A DNA stretch of 64,000 nt. Origin: Octopus sinensis. Its lineage: Eukaryota. This document shows positions 1 to 13,638 of this stretch, one piece after another. The position numbers and the translations under genes were made by a program. Below the pieces are notes generated by a model, which saw only the letters and a program-made list of their open reading frames with translations, was not told where the DNA came from and did not search any database. Numbering within the stretch: position 1 is the first letter of the stretch; each line of letters opens with the position of its first letter. The stretch covers positions 53,320,001 through 53,384,000 of the forward strand of contig NC_042998.1 of assembly GCF_006345805.1 (NCBI RefSeq). Direction: 5' to 3'.

Positions 1-1034
1 TGCAGTAAAACATCTAGTTTATTTCAACCAACCTATTGTCCTGGATTTGTAATATTGTTTTAATGCACTCGAAAGTTGTCCTTGACGTAATCTGAAATCA
101 CAGCGGAGAGAACCGGAACAAATACCTAAAGACGTCCCAAAGACTACCATTTTGCCGCCTCGCTGTTTGAAACCAAATATTCAAATCAAACATAGGTTTC
201 AAATTTTGGCACAAGGCCAGCAAATTCGGGGGCAGGGAGGGGTGCTTGATCGATCACATCGACCCTAGTGCTTCACTGGTACTTATTTTATCGACCCGGC
301 GGAATTTGAACACAGAAGAACGTAAATACGGATGAAATGTCACAAAGCGTTTTGTCCGGCGTACAAACGATTCTGTCAGTTAGCTTCCTTATTTGAAATA
401 AATATTGTTTTAACTATTGGTCAACCAGGATGGAACACATTTATAACCAAAGATATTCCAGCCTTAACCATCACGTCTTTTGTGAAATGACTACGACTAA
501 ATTATCTAACGTTGCTTTGAAGCTGATGTAGTTGCTAGCAAGTTCAGTAACCAAATAGTTAAAGTGTCTCATTTAAGTGTGAGTTCTTAAGGAAAAACAG
601 ACCAGTGGTGTAATTATTGATGGAAATATGTAACTTTGAGCATTCTAATGTCATTAAAAGCTACCCAGTTGATCAGAGGATTCCAGCTTGAAATTAGATA
701 TAAGGCCACATTCAATAGATTATTTAAACGATGCTAGAATTTGGTGAATCACGATATTTGCATAGATGTTGGATACTGAGTAATAAGTGTGGGGTTGCAA
801 TAATTAATGACTGACTCATTCACGAGTGAGGAGATGGATATACATATATTCTTTTATATGTTTCAGCCTTGAGGCTGCAACCATATATATATATATATAT
901 ATATATAATGGTGTCATTGAGACCCAAAGGTGTCAGGTAATGCTGAATAAGTGCTATAGACAGACCATAATTAAGTTCCAGATTCGGTAATATTGCGAAT
1001 AAAGGGTTCAACGTTGGTTCTACGTCAGCGTGTG

Positions 1035-1168
1035 TATATAAGAATTTTTGCGTAATACGATAAAAAAAAAACCAAGACTGTATAGATATTAGGGCATATC
1101 TATAAATGCTCTAATATCTATACAGTCTTGGTTTTTTTTTATCTTATTACGCAAAAAATTCTTATATA
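1035..1168. repeat. Hairpin inverted repeat, ~62-bp arms
   Basis: TATAAGAATTTTTGCGTAATA..AAGACTGTATAGATATTAG pairs with CTAATATCTATACAGTCTT..TATTACGCAAAAAATTCTTATA. Confidence 0.9.
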
Positions 1169-1172
1169 TATT

Positions 1173-1237
<65 letters not shown>

Positions 1238-1241
1238 TATA

Positions 1242-1313
<72 letters not shown>

Positions 1314-1881
1314 TATATATATTATATTATATATATATATATAATATATATATATATTTTAAAATTATGTCATTTTAAGGAAAGGAAAAAAAATTTTTCC
1401 AATATTCTCCAGACATTTTGACACAAATATATATTTTTTAACATTTAAGCCTTCTGTCGTTTTTTCACACTTTACTATTTTCTTATATATTCACCCACGT
1501 GCTTTACCAAACAAACTTTCTTATATATATATATATATACACGGCAAATATAAGAAAGTGGAGAGGATACAAAATGGTCAGACATCAGTTGGTAAACAGT
1601 CCAATATGTCTTATTTATTCCAATGTATTAGAATGTATTAGATGAATGCATACACAATTATTAGTAGTACAGCACATCAAATATAAAGAATTGGTTATTG
1701 CAAGAACAAGGGTGTGGAAGAATATAGGAGCAGGTGATTGAATGAGTACATGAGCAAATTGTCAAACTAGCACCTACTGACAATATGCTCATTTGATCAT
1801 GTAGTCATTCAATCACCTGTTCCTATATCATTATATGCTTCCACAGTCTTGTTCTTGCAATAACCAATTCTTTATATTTGA

Positions 1882-2275
1882 CTAGCAGTATCGCCCGGCG
1901 TTGCTCGGGTTTGTAAGGGAAATAACTATAAAGCTTTTTAGAGAGTTATAGCCAAAAAAATAGCAAAAAAATGCATTAAAAATGGAAAAAAAATGATGGT
2001 AAATTTTTTTTAATCGTTGACTCATCGTAGACATTTTTAGAGAGTTACTTCCCTTATATAATAGCGAAAAAATGCATTAAAATGGAAAAAATGATGGTAA
2101 ATTTTTTTTAAAATCGTAGACTCATCGTAGACGCGCGCTAATACCCAGAAGGGCTTGATATGAATCACGACTATAAGATACCCGGTTTTGGTTACACTGC
2201 ACCGCAAAATGTGGGAGTAGTTAGGAATCTAAATCGGAGTAGACAGACACACAACCTTTCTTTTATATATAAAGA
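1882..2275 (-). mobile_element. Non-autonomous Helitron, family A
   Basis: Minus strand has 5' TCTTTATATA, a 3' CCCG-AGCAACGC-CGGG hairpin, then ATACTGCTAG. A|T insertion site, no TSD. Confidence 0.85.
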
Positions 2276-2777
2276 CTAGCAGTATCGCCCGGCGTTGCTC
2301 GGGTTTGTAAGGGAAATAACTATATAAGCATTTTTAGAGAGTTACTTCCCTTATAAATTCGGGCTTTCTTAGCCATTTTTGTTTTGGTGTCTTCAAGCCA
2401 TGAAGCCGTTGTTCTAAAAGAACGCTGGTTTCCTTCACGACGCATTACGACTTTGATTTCTTTACACTCCCTTCCCCACAGCTTCACGAGGGAGGGAAGG
2501 GGGAGAAGCAAACAGGTGCAGCTGTGAGCGTGGACGCCAACTCCGCCGCCATCGACACACGATGCATTTTATGCATTAAAATGCAATAAAAAATGATGTT
2601 AAATTATTTTTAAAATCGTAGACTCATCGTAGACGCGCGCTAATAGTCAGACGGGCTCGATATGAATCACGACTATAAGATACCCGAATTTGGTTAAACT
2701 GCACCGCAAAATGTGGGAGTAGTTAGGAATCTAAATCGTAGGAGACAGACACAGAACCTCTCTTTTATATATAAAGA
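2276..2777 (-). mobile_element. Non-autonomous Helitron, family A long variant, head-to-tail with the previous copy
   Basis: Same termini. Carries an extra internal segment (about 2360-2560) shared with the 37533 copy. Confidence 0.85.
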
Positions 2778-3109
2778 TATACTGTAGTACTAATAAATGT
2801 GTATGTATTCGTCTAATGCATTCAAATACTTTGGAATAAATAGACATACTGAACTGTTTACCAGCTGATGACACTCCATTTTGTATCCATTTAGTTTCTT
2901 ATTTGGCATATAAATTAAGGGTAAACCACTTTTTACCACCACCCATATATAACACTCAATTGCAAGATTGCCCCGCAATAACTAGCACTTGGGTATGAAA
3001 AACTGGGTACACTACCAGCAGTATATTGGATAGGTACTATCCCTTAGTTGGTTTCTCAACCTCTAACTCACACAGAAATATGTATATATATAGACGTAGG
3101 AGAGGCTAT

Positions 3110-3786
3110 GTGGTAAGTTGCTTGGTGGATTCCTCCTTTTCGCCTTCGGCCCAGTGCGTCCATACTGCCAACAAAGCACGCGGAATTCTGTTCTTGATTC
3201 GACGGTCATTCGGAATGCTCACAGCAGCCATATTCCTACCACTCTATGTCACGCTGGTGAGACCCATACTGGAGTATGGGATTCAAGCCTCTTCTCCTTA
3301 TTTCCTCAAAGACATACAGCATCTCGAAAGAGTCCAGAAGCTGGCTACCCGCATGGTTCATGGTCTCAAAAATTTGTCCTACGAAGAAAGGCTGAGGACG
3401 CTCGACCTTTATTCTCTTGAAAAACGCCGCCGCCGTGGTGATCTCATTCTCGCCCATAACATTATAAGCGGAAAGTGTAACCTCTCGAAAGAGGTGTTCT
3501 TCACTCCTGCTCCAGAGCGTCGGCTGCGGGGTCATTCCGAAAAGCTCTACCTGCGACGATTTCATCTCAATCGAAGGAGAGGAGCTTTCTCCGTCCGGGT
3601 TGCGGATCCGTGGAACAAGCTGCCAGACGAGATGGTGAAGATGCCGACGACCGCTTTGTTCAAAGCCTCCCTGGACCTCAAGTGGCCTGAACTCTTTACA
3701 TGAACACCACCCTGTACTTAACTCCATGTTCCCCTACATGGCCTTGCTATTTGCTTTTGAGCCAAATTAACTAACTAACTAACTAA
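3110..3786 (+). mobile_element. 5'-truncated CR1/L2-clade LINE 3' end
   Basis: LYVTLVRPILEYG..LERVQKLATR..SYEERL..LYSLEKRRRRGDLI..RGHSEKL..WNKLP, stop at 3703, then a (CTAA)n tail. Confidence 0.9.
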
Positions 3787-3787
3787 C

Positions 3788-3913
3788 GAACCACATGGTT
3801 CTGGGTTCAGTCCCAGTGCGTGGCACCTTGGGCAAGTATCTTCTACTATAGCCTCGGGCCGACCAAAGCCTTGTGAGTGGATTTGGTAGACGGAAACTGA
3901 AAGAAGCCCGTCG

Positions 3914-3952
<39 letters not shown>

Positions 3953-4165
3953 ATGTGCATGTTTGTGTGTCTGTGTTTGTCCCCCCAGCATCGCTTGACA
4001 ACCGATGGTGGTGTGTTTACGTCCCCGTAACTTAGCGGTTCGGCAAAAGAGACCGATAGAATAAGTACTAGGCTTACAAAGAATAAGTCCTGGGGTTGAT
4101 TTGCTTGACTAAAGGCGGTGCTCCAGCATGCCCACATTCAAATGACTGAAACAAGTAAAAGAGTA
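3788..4165 (+). mobile_element. SINE family 2, 5'-truncated
   Basis: Same consensus, directly after the LINE tail. Confidence 0.85.
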
Positions 4166-4176
4166 TGTGTATATAT

Positions 4177-4208
<32 letters not shown>

Positions 4209-4210
4209 CA

Positions 4211-4830
4211 CAGTCATACCTCACCCCACGTCGCTAATTGATTCTAGGAGATACGGTTTAAATCGAAAAACGACTTAAGTCAAATTAACTCGTCTCTAGG
4301 CTAGGCTAGGCCGATAATAACAATTCCCAGTTTAGTAATTTATGAATGAATTTTCAATAATACATGGTTAATAAAAAAACTATTTTAAGCTTACAAACAA
4401 ATATTTTTTATTTTGTTAATGCAGTACAGTAAAAAAAAATCTAAATTTACGAACTCAATTTGGCGGTGCTTACCGAACATCGCGGATGCTTTATTTATGA
4501 ATGCGGTTTGCTGTAAGACATGGTAAAATAAAAGCTCTTTTTTTAAGCCTACAAAACAAATTCTGTAATTATTATTATTTCGCAACAGTAAAAAAAACAA
4601 ACTATACGTACATACAGTTTGGTGATTTTGTGGTTTCATGATTTCGTTCACTGAGCTATACTATTTTATGGTGTGTATCTTAACATTTACTGTACGTATT
4701 TTAATATGATTTTATATGCTTTTATTCTTATTTATTGTAAAGTAACATGATCTAGTGATTTTATGATTCCAATATTTGTGGCGGACATCAAGTCAAGTCA
4801 TTTTTATTTTTATATATATTATTTTTGAAA
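4211..4830 (+). mobile_element. Tigger-like DNA element fragment
   Basis: Starts CAGTCATACCTC after a (TA)n tract. The other end was not located. Confidence 0.4.
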
Positions 4831-4844
4831 ACTGATGTAATATT

Positions 4845-5518
4845 GCCAAGTATTTCGCCCGGCGTGCTAACGTGTCTGCCAGCTCGCTGCCCGGCAGACC
4901 AAATGCCTATATCTTTACTACCCACAAGGGGCTAAACACAGAGAGTACAAACAAGGACAGACAAACGGATTAAGTCGATTATATCGACCCCAGTGCGTAA
5001 CTGGTTCTTATTTAATCGACCTCGAAAGGATAAAAGGCAAAGTCGACCTCGGCGGAATTTGAACTCAGAACGTAGCGGCAGACGAAATACCGCTAAGCAT
5101 TTCGCCCGGCGTACTAACGTTTCTTATTTCTTTATTGCCTACAAGGGGCTAAACATAGAGGGGACAAACAAGGACAGACAAAGGGATAAAGTCGATTACA
5201 TCGACCACAGTGCGTAACTGGTACTTAATTTATCGACTCCGAAAGGATGAAAGCAAAGTCGACGTCGGCGATATTTGAACTCAGAACGTAGCGGCAGACG
5301 AAATACCTATTTCTTTACTACCCACAAGGGGCTAAACACAGAGGGGACAAACAAGGACAGACAAACGGATTAAGACGATTAGATCGAGCTCAGTGCGTAG
5401 CTGGTACTTATTTAATCGACTCCGTAAGGCCGAATTTGAACTGAGAACGTAACGGCAGACGAAATACGACTACGCATTTCGCCCGGCGTGCTAACGTTTC
5501 TGCCAGCTCGCCGCCTTG
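4845..5518 (-). mobile_element. SINE family 3, multimeric
   Basis: Three or four tandem core units. Confidence 0.9.
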
Positions 5519-6120
5519 ACAGATAATTCTGACTATAATGCGATTGCACGCACGCACACACACGGGCGTGCGCGCGTTTACATACAATATATGTGGTAAC
5601 CGACAGCATAAAAAGAAGAAATCTGAAAAGTAAACGAAATTTAAAATCAGAATATTGAAGAAACAATGTTTTTTATTCAGTTCGAGTGCCGGCAAGCAGT
5701 TCTATATTTGAAAGCTGCACTGAATTTTAATGTTAACTAAAAGAGCTGCCTTAAAGAAATTCTTAGTAAATGAAAATGTAATTGCATTTGTTGTGAAAAT
5801 GTACCTGTGAAACAAATTCCACAGTAAAGGTCTTCTCACGTTTTAGTATAAACGAGCGTGTCAAATGAAATAGTACACATCTACATTTCAATCAAATCTG
5901 CTTAAATTGCCTCTAGTTAAATGAAATTGCATAATGATGGTTAAATGATATTTTCATTATGCGTGTGAGTGTCTGCGCGCGCTTCCTTAAATATGAAAAA
6001 AAAGGTACTCACACACACATATGTATACATATATATATATATATACATACACTTACATACATATATATATAATTATATATATGTATATATAAATGTATAT
6101 ATATATGTATATATATATAT

Positions 6121-6523
6121 CATCATCATCATCATCATCATTTAGCGTCCGTTTTCCATGCTAGCATGGGTTGGACGGTTTAACTGGGGTCTGTGAAGCC
6201 GGGAGGCTTCATCAGGCCCAGTCAGATTTGGCAGTGTTTCTACGGCTGGATGCCCTTCCTAACGCCAACCACTCCGTGAGTGTAGTGGGTGCTTTTTACG
6301 TGCCACCTGCACAGGTGCCAGACAAGCTGGCAAACGGCCACAAACGGATGCTGCTTTTACGTGCTACCGGCACGGGGGCCAGGCGAGGCTGGCAACGGAC
6401 ACGAACGGATGGTGCTTTTACGTGCTACCTGCACGGGGGCCAGGCGAGGCTGGCAACGGACACGAACGGATGGTGCTTTTACGTGCCAACGGCACGGGGG
6501 CCAGGCGAGGCTGGCAACGGACG
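6121..6523 (-). mobile_element. RTE-related short retroposon with internal ~61-bp tandem repeats and (GAT)n tail
   Basis: Minus strand GGTTGGCGTTAGGAAGGGCATCCAGCCGTAGAAA motif. The unit ACGGATGGTGCTTTTACGTGC...GGCGAGGCTGGCAACGG occurs three times. Confidence 0.7.
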
Positions 6524-6543
6524 ATATATATATATATTATACT

Positions 6544-6578
<35 letters not shown>

Positions 6579-6725
6579 CTTAAATTTACTTGGCTTACAA
6601 AGAATAAGTCCTGGGGTCGATTTGTTCGACTAAAAGCGGTGCTCCAGCATGGCCGCAGTCAAATGACCGAAACAAGTAAAAGAATAACTGTAAGCCTATT
6701 TTTGCACAAACCTGTACATACATAC

Positions 6726-6761
<36 letters not shown>

Positions 6762-9499
6762 AGGGGAGAAAGCAGGAAAGAAAAGGAACTACATTCGGTT
6801 GTACAAAGAGAGTTTAAGAGGAAGAATAGACTGAAGGAAAGAGAAATCAAGTACTGGAAAGAGTGGGGGAGGGAGTAGAGAGAAATAAAGAGGGGCAAAG
6901 AAACAGATGACGATGGAGGTGTTTAGTGAAAGTTCCTCTCACCTGACGAATATTGGAAGCTTGAAGTTGTGGTGATATTGCGGTAGTTATCAGGGTCAAA
7001 ATGTGCTGTTTGTTAGAAAAGGATATGGTTGTGTATTTCAGTAATTATGGGCAGTCATTTATCTAATAGAGAAAATTTGTTGCGCTACGCGTTAAGATAT
7101 GAACTAATTCGATTAATTTCAGTTAAAACTGCCTGAAGCGTTTAGTTGGAGTCAATACATGAACACGCCCGATGATTTAACAATGTTTGCGAAGTAAAAG
7201 TTTTCTTTGAGTTGGTGGCTCGGATTGAGAATGCAATAAAGACAGGATCAGGATAGACTGAGTATAATTTATGCCCTGAAAAAGAGAAAATATCGAATGC
7301 TTTGTCCTTGAGTACAAGATTTTCAAAGCAGTGTTTCCTACTGATATATAAAAATACAGGTTTATTGGTTGGTAGAGAAAGTGTTAAAAAGTGGAGCAGT
7401 TTGTATGACTGAAGGAGGCTATTATCTATATTTTAGTTCAAGTAAAATGTCATTTACCGTGTGAACGTTGTCAACGGATTGTTAATCGTTAACTGGCTTT
7501 GCAAAGCTTGTGAGCGAGCGATACCGGATTTCGTGTTAAACACTGTATTACGTTTTGATTTCTGATTCATAAAAGTGTAAAAGATGCAGACTAACATTTA
7601 AGATTATACATTTGTTTCTATTTTTGTCAGGAGTAGCAGTCATCCATCCATAGCCTGTCATTGAAAGTGAACAATAGCTTTCTTACATATTAACTGCTAC
7701 ATAGCGATAAGCTAGCTAAACTGACTCTACGGGGAATCCAGACCCAAAATCATATAACGTATTATACTAATCAAAAATCGATAACTTACTTTGATACTCA
7801 CTAACCATTCATCAAATAAATATTTCACACATTCTATGAAAATGATAGGAAAAGATTGCTGCCCAAATGCCTCACAGCGTACCATGCAATTGGCAAAATT
7901 GTTGGATTTCTCTTGTCTGAATATTATGAAATAGCTTCTGTGCTAGTTACCAGAAATAAAACCCGTTTTTCTTTTACTAGTAATACACGCCGACTTCAAT
8001 CGGTCTGACAAATGGTGAACATAATTTGGAGCAAACTGCATCATTACATATTTATTTCACCTCGAAATATTCTCCATGAAATAGATTTTATTTTCTTATC
8101 TTACAATCATAATTTCAACTCCCAACATGTTTTCCGCTATCATGCAGCGTTTCATGTGCAAACGTTTATCAACCAAGCATTTTGGGCAAAATACTTTCAA
8201 TATTACACTAATGTATATAAAATGAACATAACATCTAATTTTTGAATGCCACCAGAGAACATCATACTCTTACCTATATCAGATTTGAGTGTTTCATTTC
8301 TCATGTGCTTGGCAAATGCCGAATCGCAATAGGTTTCTTTCTGACACAAAAATTTTATGAATTTAGTGAGCAATTTCTCTTTGACATTTTTAGTAAATAT
8401 AACTAACACACTTATAACAACATTGGCTACTATAATGTAATTAGTAATAACAATGTTCAGTTAATATTAAACATAATTTATTTTCATAAAGAAAAGTAAA
8501 AGGCAAAAATAGAAAGCAACATAATATCAGCAACGTTAGCTGAAATATTAATATAAGATACTAAATTACTCGTACAAAAATACCCTAACTGCTAATTTTG
8601 TTGGCTGGTCATTTAGAAAGTCGTTAATTCGTAACTCGCAATTTCCTTGGTTTAGCGTTACATTCCACCCAACTCATATAGTATTCACGTTGATTTTAAT
8701 ATATATTCATAGTAATTTTCTTTTTCTTTTTTTACAGTTCTTCTAATTAAGCATTGGGATTAGTCTCGTAGCTAAAACGTCTGGCAGCTAACGAGTGAAT
8801 TCTTTTTGCGATGCACACATTCTTATATTATGATTTAATCACCGAAAAATCACCGAAATAGCAAATAAGCTGAAACGTGCGGAGACTAGAAACGGCGGGA
8901 CCACAATGCATATCAAAAAGACCGCATTATACTGTAGAGCAAAGAGAAAACTACTGAATAGGTAATAACGGAAATTCTTATTCACCGTTTCACTCAATCG
9001 ACCAGACAATCACATGCTTCTTTACACCGCTGATTACAGTGCGCTTCTTCGCATTATTGTAGCTTTCGAATGATGCCATCCTCCTGGCTAGATAGACAGG
9101 CTGACATTCCACTTGAACGAAAGGTCAGTCCGTCACAGGGTTACCCATGTAAAGCTAAGTAGAGTGTAGCAACATGAATTGAAGTGTTTTGCTCAAGAAT
9201 ACAACTCACCGCCGGTCTGAGAATCGAATCCACAATCTTGCGATCATGAGCGCAACACTCTAACCATTACGACATGCGCTTTCATGTTTACGGGATGGTA
9301 TCTAAACGCCAAATTGACTTGCAGCTGAACCCTGCGAATAAATTACGGCAGTGAGACCGAATTCTGCAAAACAATCGCAACTCCACCCTTGCCCCCTCCA
9401 CACAAAAAAAAAAAGAACTGGGCACAACTCCTTATGTTTTTAAAGAAAGGTAAATGATACGTTGCGGTGTTGACGACTTACCTCACGGGACTCAAGCGC

Positions 9500-10240
9500 A
9501 TTTGAAGAAAAATTACTTCAAATGTGTAGTGTGTAGTTTGCCCGTCGATGCGACGAAAACCATCTAGTCATCCTGGGGTGGGGTGGGCTTGTTTTGTGAG
9601 TCCGCAGATGGCTAGTGAGGCCAATTAGCGCCCGAAAGAGTCTTTGACAGTGTGGACAGGGAATGGTAGCTCCTGCTACAGGGTTGTTAGCTGTTCTTCC
9701 TGGCTTCTCTGCGGTCTTCTGCAGCTGCGATCCTATTGGTCTCGCACGTGTTGGCACCCTTGTGGACAGCTGATCACCACCCTTCTCTGTTTAGGGTAGA
9801 CTGCTCCCAAGTGTTATGGTCGATGTTGAAGGCTTTCAGTGAGGCTTTCAGTGTGTCCTTAAAGCGCTTCTTCTGGTCACCTTGTGAGCGCTTTCCCTTT
9901 CGCAGCTCGCCAAAGAGTAATCTTTTCGGTAATCGATCGTCTGACATGCGAGCTACGTGCCCTGCCCAGCAAAGCTGAGACTGCATCAAGATGGTATGGA
10001 TGCTGGGCAGGTTAGCACGTATTAGTACCTCGGTGTCCGGGATCCTGTCCTGCCACTTTATGTCGAGAAGTTTTCTGAGGCGTGTTGTATGAAAGTGGTT
10101 CAGCTTCCTGGCATGACGGTGGTAGACCGTCCAGGACTCGCAACCGTAAAACAGCGTTGTGAGAACAACAGCCCGGTATACCTTGATCTTTGTCATGATG
10201 GTGATCACCCTCCTGTCCCAGACAGTCTTGTGTAGCGCTT
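9500..10240 (-). mobile_element. RTE-clade LINE 3' fragment
   Basis: KIKVYRAVVLTTLFYGCESW..WAGHVARMSDDRLPKRLLFGEL..KRFKDTLK, plus the C-terminal C2H2 motif CPHCQRLFRALIGLTSHLRTH. Confidence 0.9.
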
Positions 10241-10683
10241 GCCTTCAAATATAAATTGAAATGGAAACTATATAACAGTTTTGGTTATCCTAGAGCTAAC
10301 CTTTTGTATAGAGTCAGTTAATTGCTTTTGTTAACAATTGCATTTCTTCGAACCGTTTGCAACTGTGTGGCAATGTGGCCATAAGCAACTTATTTGGTTT
10401 TTCCACAACTTCTATTTGAATAGAGATTTTCTAACGGACTAGTTTTCTAGTTACAATTTCAGTGATTGTATGATACTATGTTTTTCTATATATATTGCAA
10501 GCGAGGTAAACTGCTGCTACCCATGCCTGGCAACGAGTACCCACCACCATGATCATAACCTGCTTACAATAAATATCTAGTGTGAGAAGTGCACTGAATA
10601 AACCAGCTGGAACAGATGTCTTCCTGTGGTAAAATGGCAGTGACGTCGCCATAGATAATACTATGTGTGTGCGTGTGTGTGTG

Positions 10684-10737
<54 letters not shown>

Positions 10738-10868
10738 AAATCATAAATCCGAAAGAGAAGCACACTCCAGGTTATAGAGCAGAAAATTTTTCGAATTTAT
10801 GATTTACTGACGATTTATACGTTCTCTCTCTCTCTCTCTCTGCCTCTCTCTCTCTCTCTCTCTCTCTC

Positions 10869-10934
<66 letters not shown>

Positions 10935-10936
<2 letters not shown>

Positions 10937-11184
10937 TTTTACTTGTTTCAATCATTTGACTGCAGCTATGCTGGGGCACCGCCTTTAGTCGAATAAATCG
11001 ACCCCAGGACTTATTCTTTGTAAGCCAAGTACTTATTCTATCGGTCTCTTTTGCCGAAGCGCTAAATTACGGGGACATAAACACACTAACATCGGTGTCA
11101 AGTAATGGTGGGGGACAAACACATACATACATATATATGTGTGTGTATGTATGTACCTATCTCTTTCGCTCTCTATATATATGT

Positions 11185-11223
<39 letters not shown>

Positions 11224-11405
11224 CATATATATACGATAGGCCGATAGGCTTCTTTCAGTTTCCGTCTACCAAATCCACTCACAAGGCTTTGGTCGACCCG
11301 AGATTATAGCAGAAGACACTTACCCAAGGTGTCACGCAGTGAGACTGAACCCGGAACCATGTGGTTGGGAAGCAAGCTTCTTACAACACAGTCACTCCTG
11401 CGCCT
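10935..11405 (-). mobile_element. SINE family 2
   Basis: Same consensus. Confidence 0.85.
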
Positions 11406-11419
11406 ATATATATTGTAGA

Positions 11420-11807
11420 GAATGTAGGTCGTGCGTTAGGGAGGATGGTGAAGTGAGTGGTTTGATGTGAAGGTGGGGTTAAGACAAGGTTGCATTAAGT
11501 CTCCGTGGCTGTTTAATTTATATGTGGACAGTGTGATGAGAGAGGTAAGAGAGTTTATAAATGATAGGAAAGCTTGGACGGATGAGTGAATTTTAATGTT
11601 GCTCAAAGGGAGTACGGAACCAGCATGGTGCAGCGAGAGTAAACCAGCATATGCTGTCGGGCTACGCTGCTGATATTGGGGGTTGCGTTCTATGCCTTGA
11701 CCCAAACATTGATCGAGGCTCACCCATTTGAGCTGGGAAATGAATGGAATACCTGGCGCGTGTCTTGTTGTGGCTACCTCCTCCTAAAAAAATGGGGAAT
11801 AGGTCTG

Positions 11808-11810
<3 letters not shown>
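11420..11810 (+). mobile_element. LINE reverse transcriptase fragment
   Basis: WFDVKVGLRQGCIKSPWLFNLYVDSVMRE matches the RT motif G(L/V)RQG..SP.LF. Confidence 0.75.
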
Positions 11811-11847
<37 letters not shown>

Positions 11848-13120
11848 CATGGCTGCAGTCATTTAGTCATTTGAATGCAGCCATGTTGGGTCACCGCCTT
11901 GAAGTGTTTTAGAACAAATCGACCTCCGAAGCTATTTTTTCTTAAGCCCAGTGATTATTTTGCCGGCTTTTTATGGAACCGCTATGTTGCGGGACGTAAA
12001 CAGACAAACACCGGTCATCAAGCAGTGGTGGGAAACAGACATAAACACACACACACGTATATATATGTGTATGTATATATATATATATATATATATATAC
12101 GTATACAACAAGCTTCTTTCAGTTTCCCTCTTCTAAATCCACTTACAAAGCATTGGCCAACTCGAGGTTATAAAAGAAGAGACACTTGCTCAAGGTGCCA
12201 CGCAGTTAAACTGAATCCGAAACCATGTGGGAAGCAAGTTTCTTACTACACAGCCACGCCTGCTCCTATGTATATATATATATGCACACATATACATATA
12301 CACCCACGACGGCCTTCTTTCAATTTCCTCAAATTCACACACAACGCATTGGTCAGTCCGGTGCCATAGTAGATGATACTCTAAGTTCCACACTGGTTAA
12401 GCCTCTATCAAGGCTGATATAACTGACTGACAGGACTTGTATTATTGTACAATACTATTTTAGACACGGAAAGAAAAGAAACGTATTAGTTTACGTGGAA
12501 CTAAGTCCGATTAATCATTTGGATAGAGTTCACAAGCTTAAATAAGTTTGTGAGTCTTGAGAAATGTGAATTCTAACGTCTCATGTTTTGAGCGAATTCA
12601 CACGGGGAAGACACAGAAAAAGAAGTTTAATCAAGATCGATAATCACCACATTATTTAACCAACGGCAGCTGAGAAGACCGATATCGTATGTCTCCCTGA
12701 AATTTATCTATTGATTTTTAAAAATCTTTTATCTGTTTCAGTCGTTGGATTGCGGCCATGCTGGAACACCGACTTGAATAGTTTAGTCGAACAAATCGAT
12801 CGTAGTAATTACTTTTTCAAAAAATAGTTTGCTACTTATTCTATCGGATTCTTTTTACTCAACTGCTAAGTTAAGGGAACATAAACGAACCAACATCAGT
12901 TGTCGAGCAGTGATGGGAGACAAACATAAACACAAAGGCGCGTACACACGCACACACACACAATATAAGTTATATATATATATACACTTCATTAAAAAGT
13001 AACGTGAAATTCTTAATTTTTCTATTTATTTTTGATTCTTTTTAATAAATCATATTACTCTACCTCTGGTATTCGAGAACTATTTTTTCCACCTTGTTTC
13101 GCATTTACGTGATTATTCTG

Positions 13121-13169
<49 letters not shown>

Positions 13170-13170
<1 letters not shown>

Positions 13171-13458
13171 TAGCACTATCGCCCGGCGTTGCTCGGGTTG
13201 TAAGGGAAATAACTATATAAGCATTTATAGAGAGTTACTTCCCTTATATAAACCGAGCGAAACTGCATTAAAAATGCAGAAAAATTATGGTAAATTTTTT
13301 TTTTAAATCGTAGACGCGCGCTAATACCCAGAAGGGCTCGATATGAATCACGACTATAAGATACCCGCTTTTGGTTAAACTGCACCGCAAAATGTGGGAG
13401 TAGTTAGGAATCTAAATCGTAGGAGACAGACACACAACTTCACTTTTATATATAAAGA
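13170..13458 (-). mobile_element. Non-autonomous Helitron, family A short copy
   Basis: A|CTAG...AAAGA|T termini, next to a (TA)n tract. Confidence 0.85.
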
Positions 13459-13563
13459 TATCAAAAATTAAACCGAGGCTCGACGAAGGAACGAAACGAA
13501 GGGAAAATTCATGCACAAGACACAGACACGCTGTTTCCTTGGCTCACATACATACATGCATAC

Positions 13564-13638
<75 letters not shown>

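Larger units (their letters stand above)
1543..2910. repeat. Foldback palindrome whose right arm is split by the Helitron pair
   Basis: 1678-1750 pairs with 1798-1881, and 1543-1672 pairs with 2780-2910. Confidence 0.85.

Noticed and set aside
3026-3703. 225-aa ORF as a host gene
   Set aside because: It is the C-terminus of a CR1/L2 LINE ORF2 fused by chance to flanking sequence.
6290-6520. CRISPR-like repeat array
   Set aside because: The units are contiguous tandem repeats without unique spacers, the context is eukaryotic, and no cas genes are present.
6171-6878. 235-aa ORF
   Set aside because: It runs through tandem repeats, (TA)n, a SINE tail and (GA)n, with no coding signature.
6900-7600. 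Possible decayed Penelope ORF on the minus strand
   Set aside because: It has many stops and I could not recognise a diagnostic RT or GIY-YIG motif.
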